64,000 nt of DNA from an uncultured Weeksellaceae bacterium (GCA_963530025.1 CAUSBY010000020.1:2765-66764), one strand, 5' to 3'. Numbered from the stretch's first letter, positions 9,720-20,146 are shown. Translations and numbers: made by a program. Notes: generated from the sequence alone by a model not told the origin.

Positions 9720-10229
9720 ATGGCAACTAAATGGTTATTAGACCCAACTCATAGCGAAATCACTTTCAAAGTAAAACACTTGATGATTTCCAACGTAAAA
9801 GGAGAATTCACAACTTTCAACGCAGAGATTGATGCAGAAGACGATACATTTGCTAATGCAAAAGTTTCAGCTTTCGTGGATACAGATTCTATTTTCACAA
9901 ATAATGCAGACAGAGATGCGCACCTGAAATCAGCAGATTTTTTCAACGCAGAAGTTAACCCAAAAATTACTTTCGAAGCTACAACTCTTAACGGCGATGT
10001 AACTGGAAACCTGACATTGAACGGGATTACAAAAGAAATTGCTTTGGACGTAGATTTTGGAGGAATCAATTCTGACCCTTGGGGAAATACCAAAGCAGGT
10101 TTCTCTTTCGAAGGAAAAATCAAAAGAAGCGACTTCGGTTTGACTTGGAACGCAGCTTTGGAAACAGGCGGTGTAATGGTGAGCGAAGAAGTTAAAATTG
10201 CAGGCGAATTGCAGTTTGTAAAACAATAA
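9720..10229 (+). CDS. YceI family protein
   Basis: DPTHSEITFKVKHLMIS, RDAHLKSADFF, DPWGN. Confidence 0.93.
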   Translation: MATKWLLDPTHSEITFKVKHLMISNVKGEFTTFNAEIDAEDDTFANAKVSAFVDTDSIFTNNADRDAHLKSADFFNAEVNPKITFEATTLNGDVTGNLTLNGITKEIALDVDFGGINSDPWGNTKAGFSFEGKIKRSDFGLTWNAALETGGVMVSEEVKIAGELQFVKQ

Positions 10230-10263
10230 AAGAATACAATAGTATTTATAGTTTGAGTTTTTT

Positions 10264-10301
10264 AAAGTATAAACAGAGTTCGCTTTGTTTATACTTTTTT
10301 T
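10264..10301 (+). terminator. Intrinsic terminator after yceI
   Basis: aaagtataaacagag-ttcg-ctttgtttatacttt plus T-run. Confidence 0.85.
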
Positions 10302-10320
10302 GATTTTGAGAATAATTATT

Positions 10321-10419
10321 GGGGCAGCTTAATCCGCCTTCCGCTCCCGCTCTTTTCACTCCACTTCGTTACGTAAAAAGGAGCTCCGCTCAAGTCGGGC
10401 TGCGCTTCGCAAAGTTGAA
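10321..10419 (+). repeat. Structured dispersed repeat, family B copy 1
   Basis: atccgccttccgctcccgct...gagctccgctcaagtcggg shared with 22775 (reverse) and 32763. Confidence 0.85.
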
Positions 10420-10591
10420 CATTAGTTTTTTAATTTAACCATTGTCCAAAAATCGAAGATTTCAAAAACTTAATTGTTCTTATGTGACTTTGTAGTTCGA
10501 AGAAAAATCAACTTAAGTGTTTCAAAAATCTGCTCCATCTGCTAAAACTCAATCAAAATACTTTGTACATTATACATTAATACATTTTACA

Positions 10592-11419
10592 ATGAATCTC
10601 AACGACCTTTCCAACATCTCCGATAATTTCAAAACCACACAAAAAATGCCTGTTCTATTCCTAGGACACGGTTCTCCGATGAACGCCATCGAAGAAAATG
10701 TTTTTGTTCAGGGATTCAGGAATATCAGTAAAGAAATCCCAAAACCAAATGCCATTATTTGTATCTCTGCACATTGGTTTACCAAAGGAACTTTTGTAAC
10801 AGCTATGGATATGCCGAAAACCATTCACGATTTTTATGGTTTTCCAAAAGAATTGTTCGATGTCCAATATCCGGCAAAAGGAAATCCTGAATTAGCTAAA
10901 GAAACGGCCGGTTTACTAGCTCCGGTTTTGGTAGAAGAAGACCATAATTGGGGATTGGACCACGGCGCCTGGTCGGTTTTGCGACATCTTTATCCTGATG
11001 CAGATATTCCGGTTATCCAGTTGAGTATCGATTATACAAAACCGCCTCAATATCATTTTGATTTAGCAAAAAAATTATCCAAACTCCGCGAAAAAGGAAT
11101 TCTGATTATCGGAAGTGGCAACATTGTTCATAATCTCCGATTGATTGACTGGAAAAACATCGATACCGTTGGTGCAGGCTGGGATTGGGCAATAGAAGCC
11201 AGAGAAAAAACCAACAATTGGCTTCTGGATGGAGATTTCCAAAAACTCATCGATTATCAGAAACAAGGTTCGTTCTTGCAATATGCAGTTCCGACACCAG
11301 ACCATTTCCTGCCAATGATTTACAATCTCGGTTTAAAAGAAAAATCGGAAGAATTATCATTATTCAATGACTCGTTGATTGGTGGCTCTTTGAGTATGAC
11401 ATCCATAAGAATTGGATAA
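10592..11419 (+). CDS. ygiD: 4,5-DOPA extradiol dioxygenase family (YgiD/LigB-like)
   Basis: FLGHGSPMNA, SAHW, DHGAW, GSGNIVHNL, PTPDHFLP. Confidence 0.9.
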   Translation: MNLNDLSNISDNFKTTQKMPVLFLGHGSPMNAIEENVFVQGFRNISKEIPKPNAIICISAHWFTKGTFVTAMDMPKTIHDFYGFPKELFDVQYPAKGNPELAKETAGLLAPVLVEEDHNWGLDHGAWSVLRHLYPDADIPVIQLSIDYTKPPQYHFDLAKKLSKLREKGILIIGSGNIVHNLRLIDWKNIDTVGAGWDWAIEAREKTNNWLLDGDFQKLIDYQKQGSFLQYAVPTPDHFLPMIYNLGLKEKSEELSLFNDSLIGGSLSMTSIRIG

Positions 11420-11468
11420 TATTTAATAAATTCCTTTTTATAACTAAAAAATTAGTAATATTGTTTTA

Positions 11469-12551
11469 ATGAAAAGAATATTACTTTTTTGCGTTTACTT
11501 TGGTTTTGTCTTCAGTTGTTTTGCGCAGATTATCTCAGGAAAAATCCAAACTGAAAATGGGAATGTCATATCTAACGTCAATGTTTATCTCGACGGAACC
11601 AAAATCTCAGCTGTTTCTGCCTATGACGGAAGTTTCCAATTAGATGTTCAAGGACAAAAAAGCGGAAATCTGATTTTCCAGAAGGATAATTATGAAACGA
11701 GTATTTTTCCACTCAATCAGGCAATTGGGAAATCAGTAAAAGTGATTATCAATCCAGTTAAAGAGATAGAAGAAGTTGTTATCATCCCTTTTACGGATGA
11801 AGCCTATCGGAACTATATCAACTATTTTCTTGACCAGTTTATTGGTCTTGACAGAGAGAATGTAATCATTAAAAATCAAAAATCACTAAAATTCTCATAT
11901 GACAAGAAAAACAGATTTCTAAAAGTGAAGGCTCCACAAACTTTGATTATTGAGAATAAAAATTTAGGATACGTGATTCAATATAATCTTATCAATTTTC
12001 AGGCAGATTTTAAGCAAAGAAACACAAGTTATTTGGGAACTTCATTTTTTAAAGAAACCAGTAATAAGCAAATTTATTTATTGAATCGGATGAATGCTTA
12101 TGAAGGTAGTCTGATGCATTTTTTCAGAAGTCTTTATAAAAACGAATTGGAAAAAGATGGATTTATAGTGAATCACGCCAAACGAATCAAAAATCCAGAT
12201 TATGATGTGGATGGAGATTCAAAAAATAATTCTGAATTTTTAATAGCCATTCTTAAAACTAAAATGAAAGAATCTGACTTTACAAAACGTAAAGAAGGAA
12301 GACTGTTTCTGGATTTCAATGATTTGCTTCAAGTGAATTATCAAAAATATTATTATAAAATCAAGAAAGGAGAGATTGTAAAGTCTTCTGGTGTTGTTTC
12401 GCAATCTTCATTCATTCACCCAGAGGCTTTGGAGTTTGAGATTTTTCCGGAAGGGATTTGCTCAGAGCCGGATTTGTTAATTCTGGAAGAGAGTTTTTCT
12501 TCTCAAAAAGTTTCCAAAATGTTGCCTTTGGATTATCAGTTTGGTAATTAA
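11469..12551 (+). CDS. Exported protein with carboxypeptidase regulatory-like N-terminal domain
   Basis: Signal peptide, ISGKI...NVYLDGT...DGSF, IEEVVI. Confidence 0.7.
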   Translation: MKRILLFCVYFGFVFSCFAQIISGKIQTENGNVISNVNVYLDGTKISAVSAYDGSFQLDVQGQKSGNLIFQKDNYETSIFPLNQAIGKSVKVIINPVKEIEEVVIIPFTDEAYRNYINYFLDQFIGLDRENVIIKNQKSLKFSYDKKNRFLKVKAPQTLIIENKNLGYVIQYNLINFQADFKQRNTSYLGTSFFKETSNKQIYLLNRMNAYEGSLMHFFRSLYKNELEKDGFIVNHAKRIKNPDYDVDGDSKNNSEFLIAILKTKMKESDFTKRKEGRLFLDFNDLLQVNYQKYYYKIKKGEIVKSSGVVSQSSFIHPEALEFEIFPEGICSEPDLLILEESFSSQKVSKMLPLDYQFGN

Positions 12552-12998
12552 TTATAATTCTTTTTCAAAACAAATACTGTTTTCAATGCCAGCATATTGT
12601 CCGTAATTCGGAATGATTTTGTAATCACATTTTTGGTAAAGTGCTACAGCTTCAGTTTGTCTTTTTCCGGTTTCGAGAATTGTTTTTTCGTAACCTAATT
12701 CTTTAGTCCAAGTTTCCAGTTCCTTCAAAATAGCTGAAGCTAAACCTTTTCCACGTTTCTCAGGAAGCGTAAACATCCTTTTGACTTCCATAGATTTTTC
12801 ATCAAATGCTTTTATGGCTCCAATTGCAACAGCTTCATCATTGTCAAAAATAACAACGCAGTTTTTCAATAAATCGATTTTGTTGTATTGGTTGTAAAAT
12901 TCGTGTTCTTCGCCATCCATCACGGCGAGATAGGCATCCAGTTGTTTTACTAATTTTTGGAAGTCAGTATTTTCGGAGGTTGTTCTGAGGATTTTCAT
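12552..12998 (-). CDS. GNAT family N-acetyltransferase
   Basis: EVKRMF...RGKGLA, LETGKRQTEAVALY. Confidence 0.9.
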   Translation of the reverse strand: MKILRTTSENTDFQKLVKQLDAYLAVMDGEEHEFYNQYNKIDLLKNCVVIFDNDEAVAIGAIKAFDEKSMEVKRMFTLPEKRGKGLASAILKELETWTKELGYEKTILETGKRQTEAVALYQKCDYKIIPNYGQYAGIENSICFEKEL

Positions 12999-13021
12999 TA
13001 ATAATAATTTTATTGAGGAAA

Positions 13022-13100
13022 ACGCTTAGACTCCCCTCAGACTGACATTTCTAATACTTAAGTTTGATTAGCCATTGTCCGTCTGGGTGGAATCGAAGAC
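13022..13100. repeat. Degenerate REPIN-like family A copy, inverted relative to 8106-8182
   Basis: gcttagactcccctcagactgacatttctaatact matches the reverse complement of about 8147-8181. Confidence 0.7.
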
Positions 13101-13107
13101 TTTTAAT

Positions 13108-14595
13108 TTAGTTAACTACAAATTTTTTCTCTCTAATCAACTCCGCAATTTTCAAAATATCTTCACCAATCAATCTGTCATTTTCCAGTTTTGGAACAAC
13201 AGAACGAATGATATCATAATTTTTCTCAACGATTTTTGAGCATTTTGCAGGCCTTCTGAACTCCAAACCTTGAGCGGCAAACATTAATTCGATTGCCAGG
13301 ATATTTTCAAGATTACCTAATATCTGATTGAATTTCCTGCCAGAAATACTTCCCATAGAAACATGGTCTTCTTGTCCTAAACTTGTTGGTATAGAATCTG
13401 CTGATGCTGGAAAACAAAGTGTTTTGTTTTCTGTAACCAAAGCTGCACTCGTGTATTGCGGAATCATAAAGCCGGAATTAAGACCTGAACTTTCTACTAA
13501 TAATTTCGGTAAGCCGTATTTTCCTTCCAATAGCAGATAACTTCTTCGGTCAGAAATATTCCCTAATTCAGCAGCTGCCAATGAACAATAATCCAAAGGT
13601 AAAGCCATCAACTGTCCGTGGAAATTACCTCCTGAAATAGATTCTTCTGCGCTCAACACAATAGGATTATCGGTTACAGAATTGAGTTCTGTTTCTGCCA
13701 TTTGTTTCAGATGTTCAAATGCATTTCTACTTGCACCGTGAACCTGCGGAACACATCTCATAGAATAAGGGTCTTGAACTCTGTCACAGAATTCGTGAGA
13801 TTTCAGGTTATCAGAGTTTTTCAGAAAATTTCGCATTCTTTCCGCCACTTTTTGGCTTCCTTCAAATGGACGAATCTCGTGCAATTCTTTTTTGAACGGA
13901 CTTGCAGAACCTCGATAAGCTTCAAGGCTCATTGCTGCGGTCAAGTCTGCCAAATCCAAAAGATATTCGAATTTTGCAAGACCGGTAATGGCGTGAGCGA
14001 GGATAAACTGCGTTCCGTTAATCAACCCTAAACCTTCTTTTGGGCCTAATTTTAAAGGTTGAAGTTTATGTTTCTTCAGAACTTTTGAAGTCTCCACAGT
14101 TTTATCGTTTTCCCAAACCTGACCCAATCCCAAAAGTGGTAAAACCAAATGTGCCAAAGGCGCCAAATCTCCGGAAGCGCCAACTGAACCTTGCTCCGGA
14201 ACAACAGGGATAATATCCAATTCCAACATTAGAATCAATCGCTCGATAACGTCCAAAGAAACACCCGAAAATCCTTTCGATAAAGCGTGAACTTTAGAAA
14301 TCATCATTATTTTAGAAATATTCTTGTCAATTGGTTTTCCAACACCAACGGCGTGAGAAATAATCAAATTATGCTGAAGTTGTGCAGTTTCCGATTCGGA
14401 TATTTTGGTGTCGCAAAGTGGTCCAAATCCTGTGTTGATACCATAAACAGTTCTGTCAGATTCTACAATTTTCTGAACATTCTGTTGGGATTTTATGATT
14501 TGGTCTTTTGATTTTTTATTGAGTTTTGCTTTGGAAGGATTTTTTAAAATCTCTAAAACATCTTGATACTTAAATTGGTCGATTCCGTAAATCAT
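13108..14595 (-). CDS. hutH: Histidine ammonia-lyase
   Basis: YGINTGFG, MIO-forming GASGDL, QDPYSMRC, QEDHVSMG. Confidence 0.96.
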   Translation of the reverse strand: MIYGIDQFKYQDVLEILKNPSKAKLNKKSKDQIIKSQQNVQKIVESDRTVYGINTGFGPLCDTKISESETAQLQHNLIISHAVGVGKPIDKNISKIMMISKVHALSKGFSGVSLDVIERLILMLELDIIPVVPEQGSVGASGDLAPLAHLVLPLLGLGQVWENDKTVETSKVLKKHKLQPLKLGPKEGLGLINGTQFILAHAITGLAKFEYLLDLADLTAAMSLEAYRGSASPFKKELHEIRPFEGSQKVAERMRNFLKNSDNLKSHEFCDRVQDPYSMRCVPQVHGASRNAFEHLKQMAETELNSVTDNPIVLSAEESISGGNFHGQLMALPLDYCSLAAAELGNISDRRSYLLLEGKYGLPKLLVESSGLNSGFMIPQYTSAALVTENKTLCFPASADSIPTSLGQEDHVSMGSISGRKFNQILGNLENILAIELMFAAQGLEFRRPAKCSKIVEKNYDIIRSVVPKLENDRLIGEDILKIAELIREKKFVVN

Positions 14596-14637
14596 CGCTG
14601 AAAAAATTTTGCCTAAAAATACACTTTTTAAGATGAT

Positions 14638-15040
14638 TTATTCAATAACAAAAACATCAGAAGTTATTTTACTATTTTCTATAATTGAATTGTCTGAATC
14701 TCGTAGTGAAACAAAGAATCTATATTTTATTTTTTCACGTCTATGTTTAAAAAAAGAGTTCTTCAAATCCAATGTAAAGTGCTGTGGCATATTTGGTTTT
14801 AAATATTTGTGTTGCCTTAGAGTTCAAATTCGTAATATTTGATGTAATTTCTTTCCACGAATTATCGATTAAAATTTCTAATCCAACATTATAAATTATC
14901 TTGTCAGAAGAATTATTTTTTATACTAAAATTTACTTTTGAGTTTTTTGTATAAATCTTCTTAATGCCTGAAAATGCTATTCTATCAGATTCTTGAATGG
15001 ATAGTAAGAAAGAAAAGATGAGAATTAATCTGAACATCAT
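14638..15040 (-). pseudogene. Exported hypothetical protein split by a +1 frameshift in a T7 run
   Basis: ORF stops at ctc ttt ttt taa; removing one T (A-run 14749-14755) extends it 36 aa to the stop at 14638. Confidence 0.6.
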
Positions 15041-15086
15041 CGGTATTGAATTTTATAACAATTAAACAGATTTTTCAGTAATAATA

Positions 15087-15620
15087 TTATATTCGAAACC
15101 TCAACTCCTTCGCCTGCTTAATATGTGCCAAATGATGCTGACAATGCCAACTGTAAATCAAAATATTTTCTTTCAATGAAATCCTTTCCGATTGTTCCGG
15201 ATGAATGAACTCTTTATTCAAATCTTCTTCAGAAAGATTTTTTAAAAGATAAACCCATCTTTCGTGCAAAGCCTCTAATAATTTCAAAGAAACAAAAGGC
15301 GAAAGATTGTTGTCTGGTAATTCTGCCCAAAGACTTTCCTCGTAAGGTTTGATTGTCGGAAAATTTTCCGTCAAAGCTAATTTGAATCTCATATAACTGT
15401 TGATGTGACTATCTGCGCAATGATGAACAACTTGAGATATTGTCCAGCCTTCCGGTCTATATTTTAATTGTAAATCGTTTTCGTCAAGATTTTGGATTTC
15501 AGCTTTTACAAGATTTGGAAAGTTTTCAATTTCGGAAATGGCAGAATCAATTATTTCTTTTGTTATGGATTCCGGTTTTACAAATTTCCCAACGGGATAT
15601 TTTAATTGTTCTAAGTTCAT
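15087..15620 (-). CDS. YfiT/BstA-like DinB-superfamily metal-dependent thiol transferase
   Basis: LKYPVG, YRPEGWT..QVVHHCADSH, YSWHCQHHLAHI. Confidence 0.88.
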   Translation of the reverse strand: MNLEQLKYPVGKFVKPESITKEIIDSAISEIENFPNLVKAEIQNLDENDLQLKYRPEGWTISQVVHHCADSHINSYMRFKLALTENFPTIKPYEESLWAELPDNNLSPFVSLKLLEALHERWVYLLKNLSEEDLNKEFIHPEQSERISLKENILIYSWHCQHHLAHIKQAKELRFRI

Positions 15621-16273
15621 TATTTCAAATTCTTCATTAGGATTGTTTCCATTTTTTCGTAACCCAATTTGGTTGGATGGATTCCGTCTTCTGCAATTTC
15701 TTTTGACAATCCATTTTTTTCATCTTTCAAAACTGAATGATAATCGACATAAGTGATATGGTTTTTCAGTGCGTAGTCTTTTATCATTTTATTCAGTGCA
15801 ATCACTTTATCCGCAGGTTTCATATCTTTTTTCCACGGATAATCGTAAGCAGGAAGAACGGAACAGAGAACCACTTTGATGTTGTTTGCTTTTGCTAATT
15901 CCGTCATTGATACGATGTTTCCAAAAACTTTATCTAAAGAAATTGGACCTTGATTTTCAGCAATATCATTGGTTCCGGCAAGAATGATGACACGTTTAGG
16001 TTTCAGTTTAATAACATCTTCTCGAAATCTCAAAAGCATCTGAGAGGTCACTTGCCCACTAATTCCACGTCCAACGAAGTTATTTTTAGTGAAAAATTCC
16101 GGGTCTGTAGAGAACCAACCTTCTGTGATGGAATCTCCCATCAAAACTGAATTTGGAACAATGTTTTGAGAAATAACTTCTTGATTTTGTTTCTGATATT
16201 TGCCAAAATTAGCAAAGTCTTGAGCTTTAGACATTGTAGAAAATAAGATAATAATAAAAGTTAGGATTTTCAT
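15620..16273 (-). CDS. SGNH/GDSL hydrolase
   Basis: GDSITEGW, RGISG, GTND, DGIHP. Confidence 0.92.
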   Translation of the reverse strand: MKILTFIIILFSTMSKAQDFANFGKYQKQNQEVISQNIVPNSVLMGDSITEGWFSTDPEFFTKNNFVGRGISGQVTSQMLLRFREDVIKLKPKRVIILAGTNDIAENQGPISLDKVFGNIVSMTELAKANNIKVVLCSVLPAYDYPWKKDMKPADKVIALNKMIKDYALKNHITYVDYHSVLKDEKNGLSKEIAEDGIHPTKLGYEKMETILMKNLK

Positions 16274-16355
16274 TTTTTCTGATTTATAATCAAATATATG
16301 AAATCTCGACAATCAGAATTTCGGTTTGTGAATATAAAATCAATAATTTTACAAA

Positions 16356-16601
16356 ATGGAAAATACTTCGAAAGACCCTTTGCACGGAAAACGATTAGAC
16401 GCGATTTTGGAAGAATTGGTGGACTATTACAATGGCTTCGAAGAGTTGGGAAAACAAATCAATATCCGATGTTTCAACGCCGACAATCCAAGCATCAATT
16501 CCTCACTTAAATTCCTTAGGAAAACCGATTGGGCAAGAGCAAAAGTAGAAAGTTTGTATCTTTATGTTTTGAGACAAAAGAAGAAAAAAGGTTTGTTGTA
16601 G
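16356..16601 (+). CDS. VF530/DUF2132 family protein
   Basis: DPLHG..L, PSINSSLKFLRKTDWARAKVE. Confidence 0.9.
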   Translation: MENTSKDPLHGKRLDAILEELVDYYNGFEELGKQINIRCFNADNPSINSSLKFLRKTDWARAKVESLYLYVLRQKKKKGLL

Positions 16602-16604
16602 ACC

Positions 16605-16982
16605 TTAATCTAAAAATATTCCGCTTACATAATACCAACGATTCTGTATCGTTTTGAAAGTCGATAATTCGTGATGAACTTGCGGATTTCCATCTTCATC
16701 AGTATAAAACGCTTTGAATTCTACTTTGTTCATAGACGGCACATCAACTATTTCTAATTTTGTCCAATCATTGATTTCTCCCCATTCCTGCAAATCCTTT
16801 TTGTTATGAAATTGTCTTTTGTTTGGAGAAGTCGTTTCCCAAAGATATTCTCCATTCGGGATTGCAAAAGCTGAGAATCTGGAACGCATCAAAGCTTCCG
16901 CAGTCGGGGCAAATTTTTCTTTCAGATGATAAGGCTGGCAACAATCTTCGTACGATTTTCCGGAACAGCAGGGACAATTCAT
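16605..16982 (-). CDS. YchJ family (SEC-C motif) protein
   Basis: CPCCSGKSYEDCC, TAEALMRSRFSAF, HHELSTF. Confidence 0.9.
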   Translation of the reverse strand: MNCPCCSGKSYEDCCQPYHLKEKFAPTAEALMRSRFSAFAIPNGEYLWETTSPNKRQFHNKKDLQEWGEINDWTKLEIVDVPSMNKVEFKAFYTDEDGNPQVHHELSTFKTIQNRWYYVSGIFLD

Positions 16983-17247
16983 TTTTAATTCAGGTTTCAA
17001 ACTTCGAATGTACTAAAACTTGAAAACATCCAAGAAATATCTCAACAATTTTCAGAGAAATTAAAACTGATATTTATTAGCCTTTAAAACGGCGAAATGT
17101 CCTAATTGTACTATTTTGTAAGTCAATGTCATTAGACTAAACTTGCAAGTAGAAGTAATTTTGTTTCGGAAAATAATTTAATGGATTTTTACTTTAAAAT
17201 TTAAAAATAAGAATATCTATTTGATTCATTTTCTGAGATATAAGATT

Positions 17248-18690
17248 ATGGATATTAAAGAAATTAGTGCGAAAACTTCAGAGAAAATAGAGGAGACGTT
17301 CAGAGATTCTGTTGGGACAATGGACGAAACTGGAACCAGAAAATGGGTCTTCCCAAGAAAGCCAAAAGGAAAATATACCAATTATAGAGAATATGTTGGT
17401 TATTCCTTAATTTTTTTATTTGTGATAATGCCTTTCCTCAAAATCAGTGGAAATCCTGTTTTGTTGATTAATATTATAGATAGGAAATTTTTCATTTTTG
17501 GACAGCCTTTTTATTTGCAAGATTTTTTCATTTTGGCTTTGGGAGCGGTAGCTTCGGTCATTTTTGTAATGCTTTTTACGGTGGTTTTTGGTAGGATATT
17601 TTGCGGATGGATTTGTCCTCAAACCTTATTTATGGAAATGATTTTCCGTAAAATCGAATATTGGATAGAAGGTGACCGAAACAAGCAGATGAAACTGAAT
17701 AAACAAGTTTGGGATGAAGAGAAAATCAGAAAGAGAGCGTTGAAATGGTCAGTGTTTTTGCTGATATCATTGCTGATAAGCCATATTATGTTTATGTACA
17801 TTGTTGGCTACGAAGAAACGTTTAGAATTATTTTGAGCGGACCGGCTAAATATCCTACCAATTTTATTGTGATGTTAGTTTTTACGGGGATTTTTTATTT
17901 TGTTTTTGCTTGGTTTCGGGAACAGGTTTGTACGCTGGTTTGTCCTTATGGAAGATTGCAAGGCGTTCTGATAGATAAACATACGGTCAATGTTTACTAC
18001 GATTTCAAAAGAGGAGAGGGAAGAGCAAAATGGCGAAATGGCGAAAATCGTTCTGCGGTTGGAAAAGGCGATTGTATAGATTGCCAGCAATGTGTGGTCG
18101 TTTGTCCAACGGGAATCGATATCAGAAACGGACAGCAATTGGAATGTATCAATTGTACAATTTGTATCGATGCCTGCGATGAGGTAATGGAAAAAGTAGG
18201 AATGCCGAAAGGACTTATCCGATATGCAACCGAAGCTGAAATAGAAAATCAGGAGAAATTCAAATTTACGGCTAGGATGAAGGCGACCACTGTTGCGCTT
18301 TTTGTATTAATTGGTGTTTTGTGTGGATTGATGTATGACAGAGGCTCGGTTGAAGCTAAGTTCATACGACCAGCTGGTTCTGCTTATTTTGTAAGAGACG
18401 GAAAAATTACCAATACATTTACTTATACAATTCTCAATAAGTCCAATGAGAAAAAAATGATGACAATAAAGGTTCTTTACCCAAAACATTCGGAGATAAC
18501 TTTTGCGGGTAAAGAAGGTATTATTGTAAAAGGAGATGTGATAATAAAAGGAAATGTCAATATCAGTTTCCCAGAAAGTGAAGTGAAATTATCAAAACAA
18601 AATATAGAAATAGGCGTTTTCGATGCTGATGGAGAAATGCTGGATTCCTACAAAACTTACTTTGAAGGGCCGTTTAAATTTCAATTTTAA
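17248..18690 (+). CDS. ccoG: Cytochrome c oxidase accessory protein CcoG (FixG)
   Basis: GRIFCGWICPQT, CPYGRLQ, CIDCQQCVVVCPTGIDIR, ECINCTICIDAC. Confidence 0.93.
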   Translation: MDIKEISAKTSEKIEETFRDSVGTMDETGTRKWVFPRKPKGKYTNYREYVGYSLIFLFVIMPFLKISGNPVLLINIIDRKFFIFGQPFYLQDFFILALGAVASVIFVMLFTVVFGRIFCGWICPQTLFMEMIFRKIEYWIEGDRNKQMKLNKQVWDEEKIRKRALKWSVFLLISLLISHIMFMYIVGYEETFRIILSGPAKYPTNFIVMLVFTGIFYFVFAWFREQVCTLVCPYGRLQGVLIDKHTVNVYYDFKRGEGRAKWRNGENRSAVGKGDCIDCQQCVVVCPTGIDIRNGQQLECINCTICIDACDEVMEKVGMPKGLIRYATEAEIENQEKFKFTARMKATTVALFVLIGVLCGLMYDRGSVEAKFIRPAGSAYFVRDGKITNTFTYTILNKSNEKKMMTIKVLYPKHSEITFAGKEGIIVKGDVIIKGNVNISFPESEVKLSKQNIEIGVFDADGEMLDSYKTYFEGPFKFQF

Positions 18691-18697
18691 AGCTTAA

Positions 18698-19585
18698 TTA
18701 ATGTTTATGTTCTTTAACAAAAGTCGAAGGCGTTTGCCCGGTTTTTTTACGGAATACCCGAACGAAATAAGAATATTCCTCATAACCTAAACGGAAAGCG
18801 ATGTCCACAAGACTCTCGTCAAGATAGATTAACATTCTTTTGGCTTCCAAGATTGCTCGGTCGGTTATTATTTCCGAAACGGTTTTCTGAACAACGGTTT
18901 GAGTAATTCGATTGAGATGTTTGGTTGTCAGATTCATCCGTTCAGCGTATTGAAAAGCAGATTTTTCTTTGATGAAATTTAATTCTAATAATTCTTCAAA
19001 ATGTTGATAATGCTGGATGTAAGATGTATTTGTGTTTTGTGTTCCAATGATTTTTTCTTCCGAGAACAATCTGACCGTTTCTATATATAATTGAGAAATA
19101 AAGGCTAAGATTAAATTTTCCGATAACAAAGCTGATGACGAATTCTCATTTCCGATTTTAATAAATAGATTTGAAAACTCAACAAAATTATTTCCTTCCA
19201 ACTGAAGTTTTCGAGGATATTGAACAGAACTGAAAAACGAATATTCTCTTAATTTTTGATTGACAAAATGAAGGTCGAAAAATTCCTGAGAATGAAAGAA
19301 AATAAAACCGTCAGCGTCGTCCGATAACTGCCAGCTGTGAACTTGCCCAGGCGACATAAAAAATAATGAACCGTCAGAAACTTCATATTTTCTAAAATCG
19401 ATTTCGTGAGTTCCTGTCCCTTTTGTGAAAAAAATGCAGGCGTAAAAATCGTGACGATGCGGTTTTTCGATATGTTTGTGACTTCTTAATAAATGGTCTT
19501 TAATCGAATTGAAATAAAAATCGGAATGCTTTGCTCCAGACTGAAACAAATTGATATTCAAAACCGATATTTCGTTGTGACTCAT
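18698..19585 (-). CDS. AraC family transcriptional regulator
   Basis: PHRHDFY cupin region, C-terminal HTH IAFRLGYEEYSYFVRVFRK. Confidence 0.92.
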   Translation of the reverse strand: MSHNEISVLNINLFQSGAKHSDFYFNSIKDHLLRSHKHIEKPHRHDFYACIFFTKGTGTHEIDFRKYEVSDGSLFFMSPGQVHSWQLSDDADGFIFFHSQEFFDLHFVNQKLREYSFFSSVQYPRKLQLEGNNFVEFSNLFIKIGNENSSSALLSENLILAFISQLYIETVRLFSEEKIIGTQNTNTSYIQHYQHFEELLELNFIKEKSAFQYAERMNLTTKHLNRITQTVVQKTVSEIITDRAILEAKRMLIYLDESLVDIAFRLGYEEYSYFVRVFRKKTGQTPSTFVKEHKH

Positions 19586-20131
19586 TTAATTCAGAAAATT
19601 TACAACGGTTTTTTGTAACGACCAGAGAATCATTCCGTTTTCTTGTTTCTCTTTTATGAAATTTAATTTGTTCAAAAGATTGATGGAACTAAGGTTATCA
19701 AATGCACATTTTGCAGTAATTTCCTTTACGATTTCTTGTGAAAATGCCCAATTTATAAGTCCTTTCACAGCTTCTTCGGCATAACCATTTCTCCGCTCTT
19801 CTTTTATGATGCCATATCCAATATCAGCATTTTGCTCTTTTTCATTACAACCTTTGAATCCAGCATCGCCAATTATTTCCAAAGTATCCGCTTTGATAAT
19901 CATCCACGATTCGAATCCTGTAGGTTCGCCAACTTTAGACAGATTATTAATGATTTTAGGAAGCGTTTCGATAACATCCTCATCCGGCCAGCTTTTTCCC
20001 TTTTTAAATCCCAATTTGATTAAGTCATTAAAATCCGAATTTAAAATATCCTCACAAATTTTCTTTGTAAATGGAACAAGAATCAATCTTTCGGTTTTAA
20101 GACTTTCTATTTCTAATGATTGTGGTTTCAC
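19586..20131 (-). CDS. RimJ/RimL-type GNAT acetyltransferase
   Basis: LKTERLIL, IGDAGF, DIGYGI...GYAEEAV. Confidence 0.88.
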   Translation of the reverse strand: MKPQSLEIESLKTERLILVPFTKKICEDILNSDFNDLIKLGFKKGKSWPDEDVIETLPKIINNLSKVGEPTGFESWMIIKADTLEIIGDAGFKGCNEKEQNADIGYGIIKEERRNGYAEEAVKGLINWAFSQEIVKEITAKCAFDNLSSINLLNKLNFIKEKQENGMILWSLQKTVVNFLN

Positions 20132-20146
20132 TTCGGGTAAAAGTTA

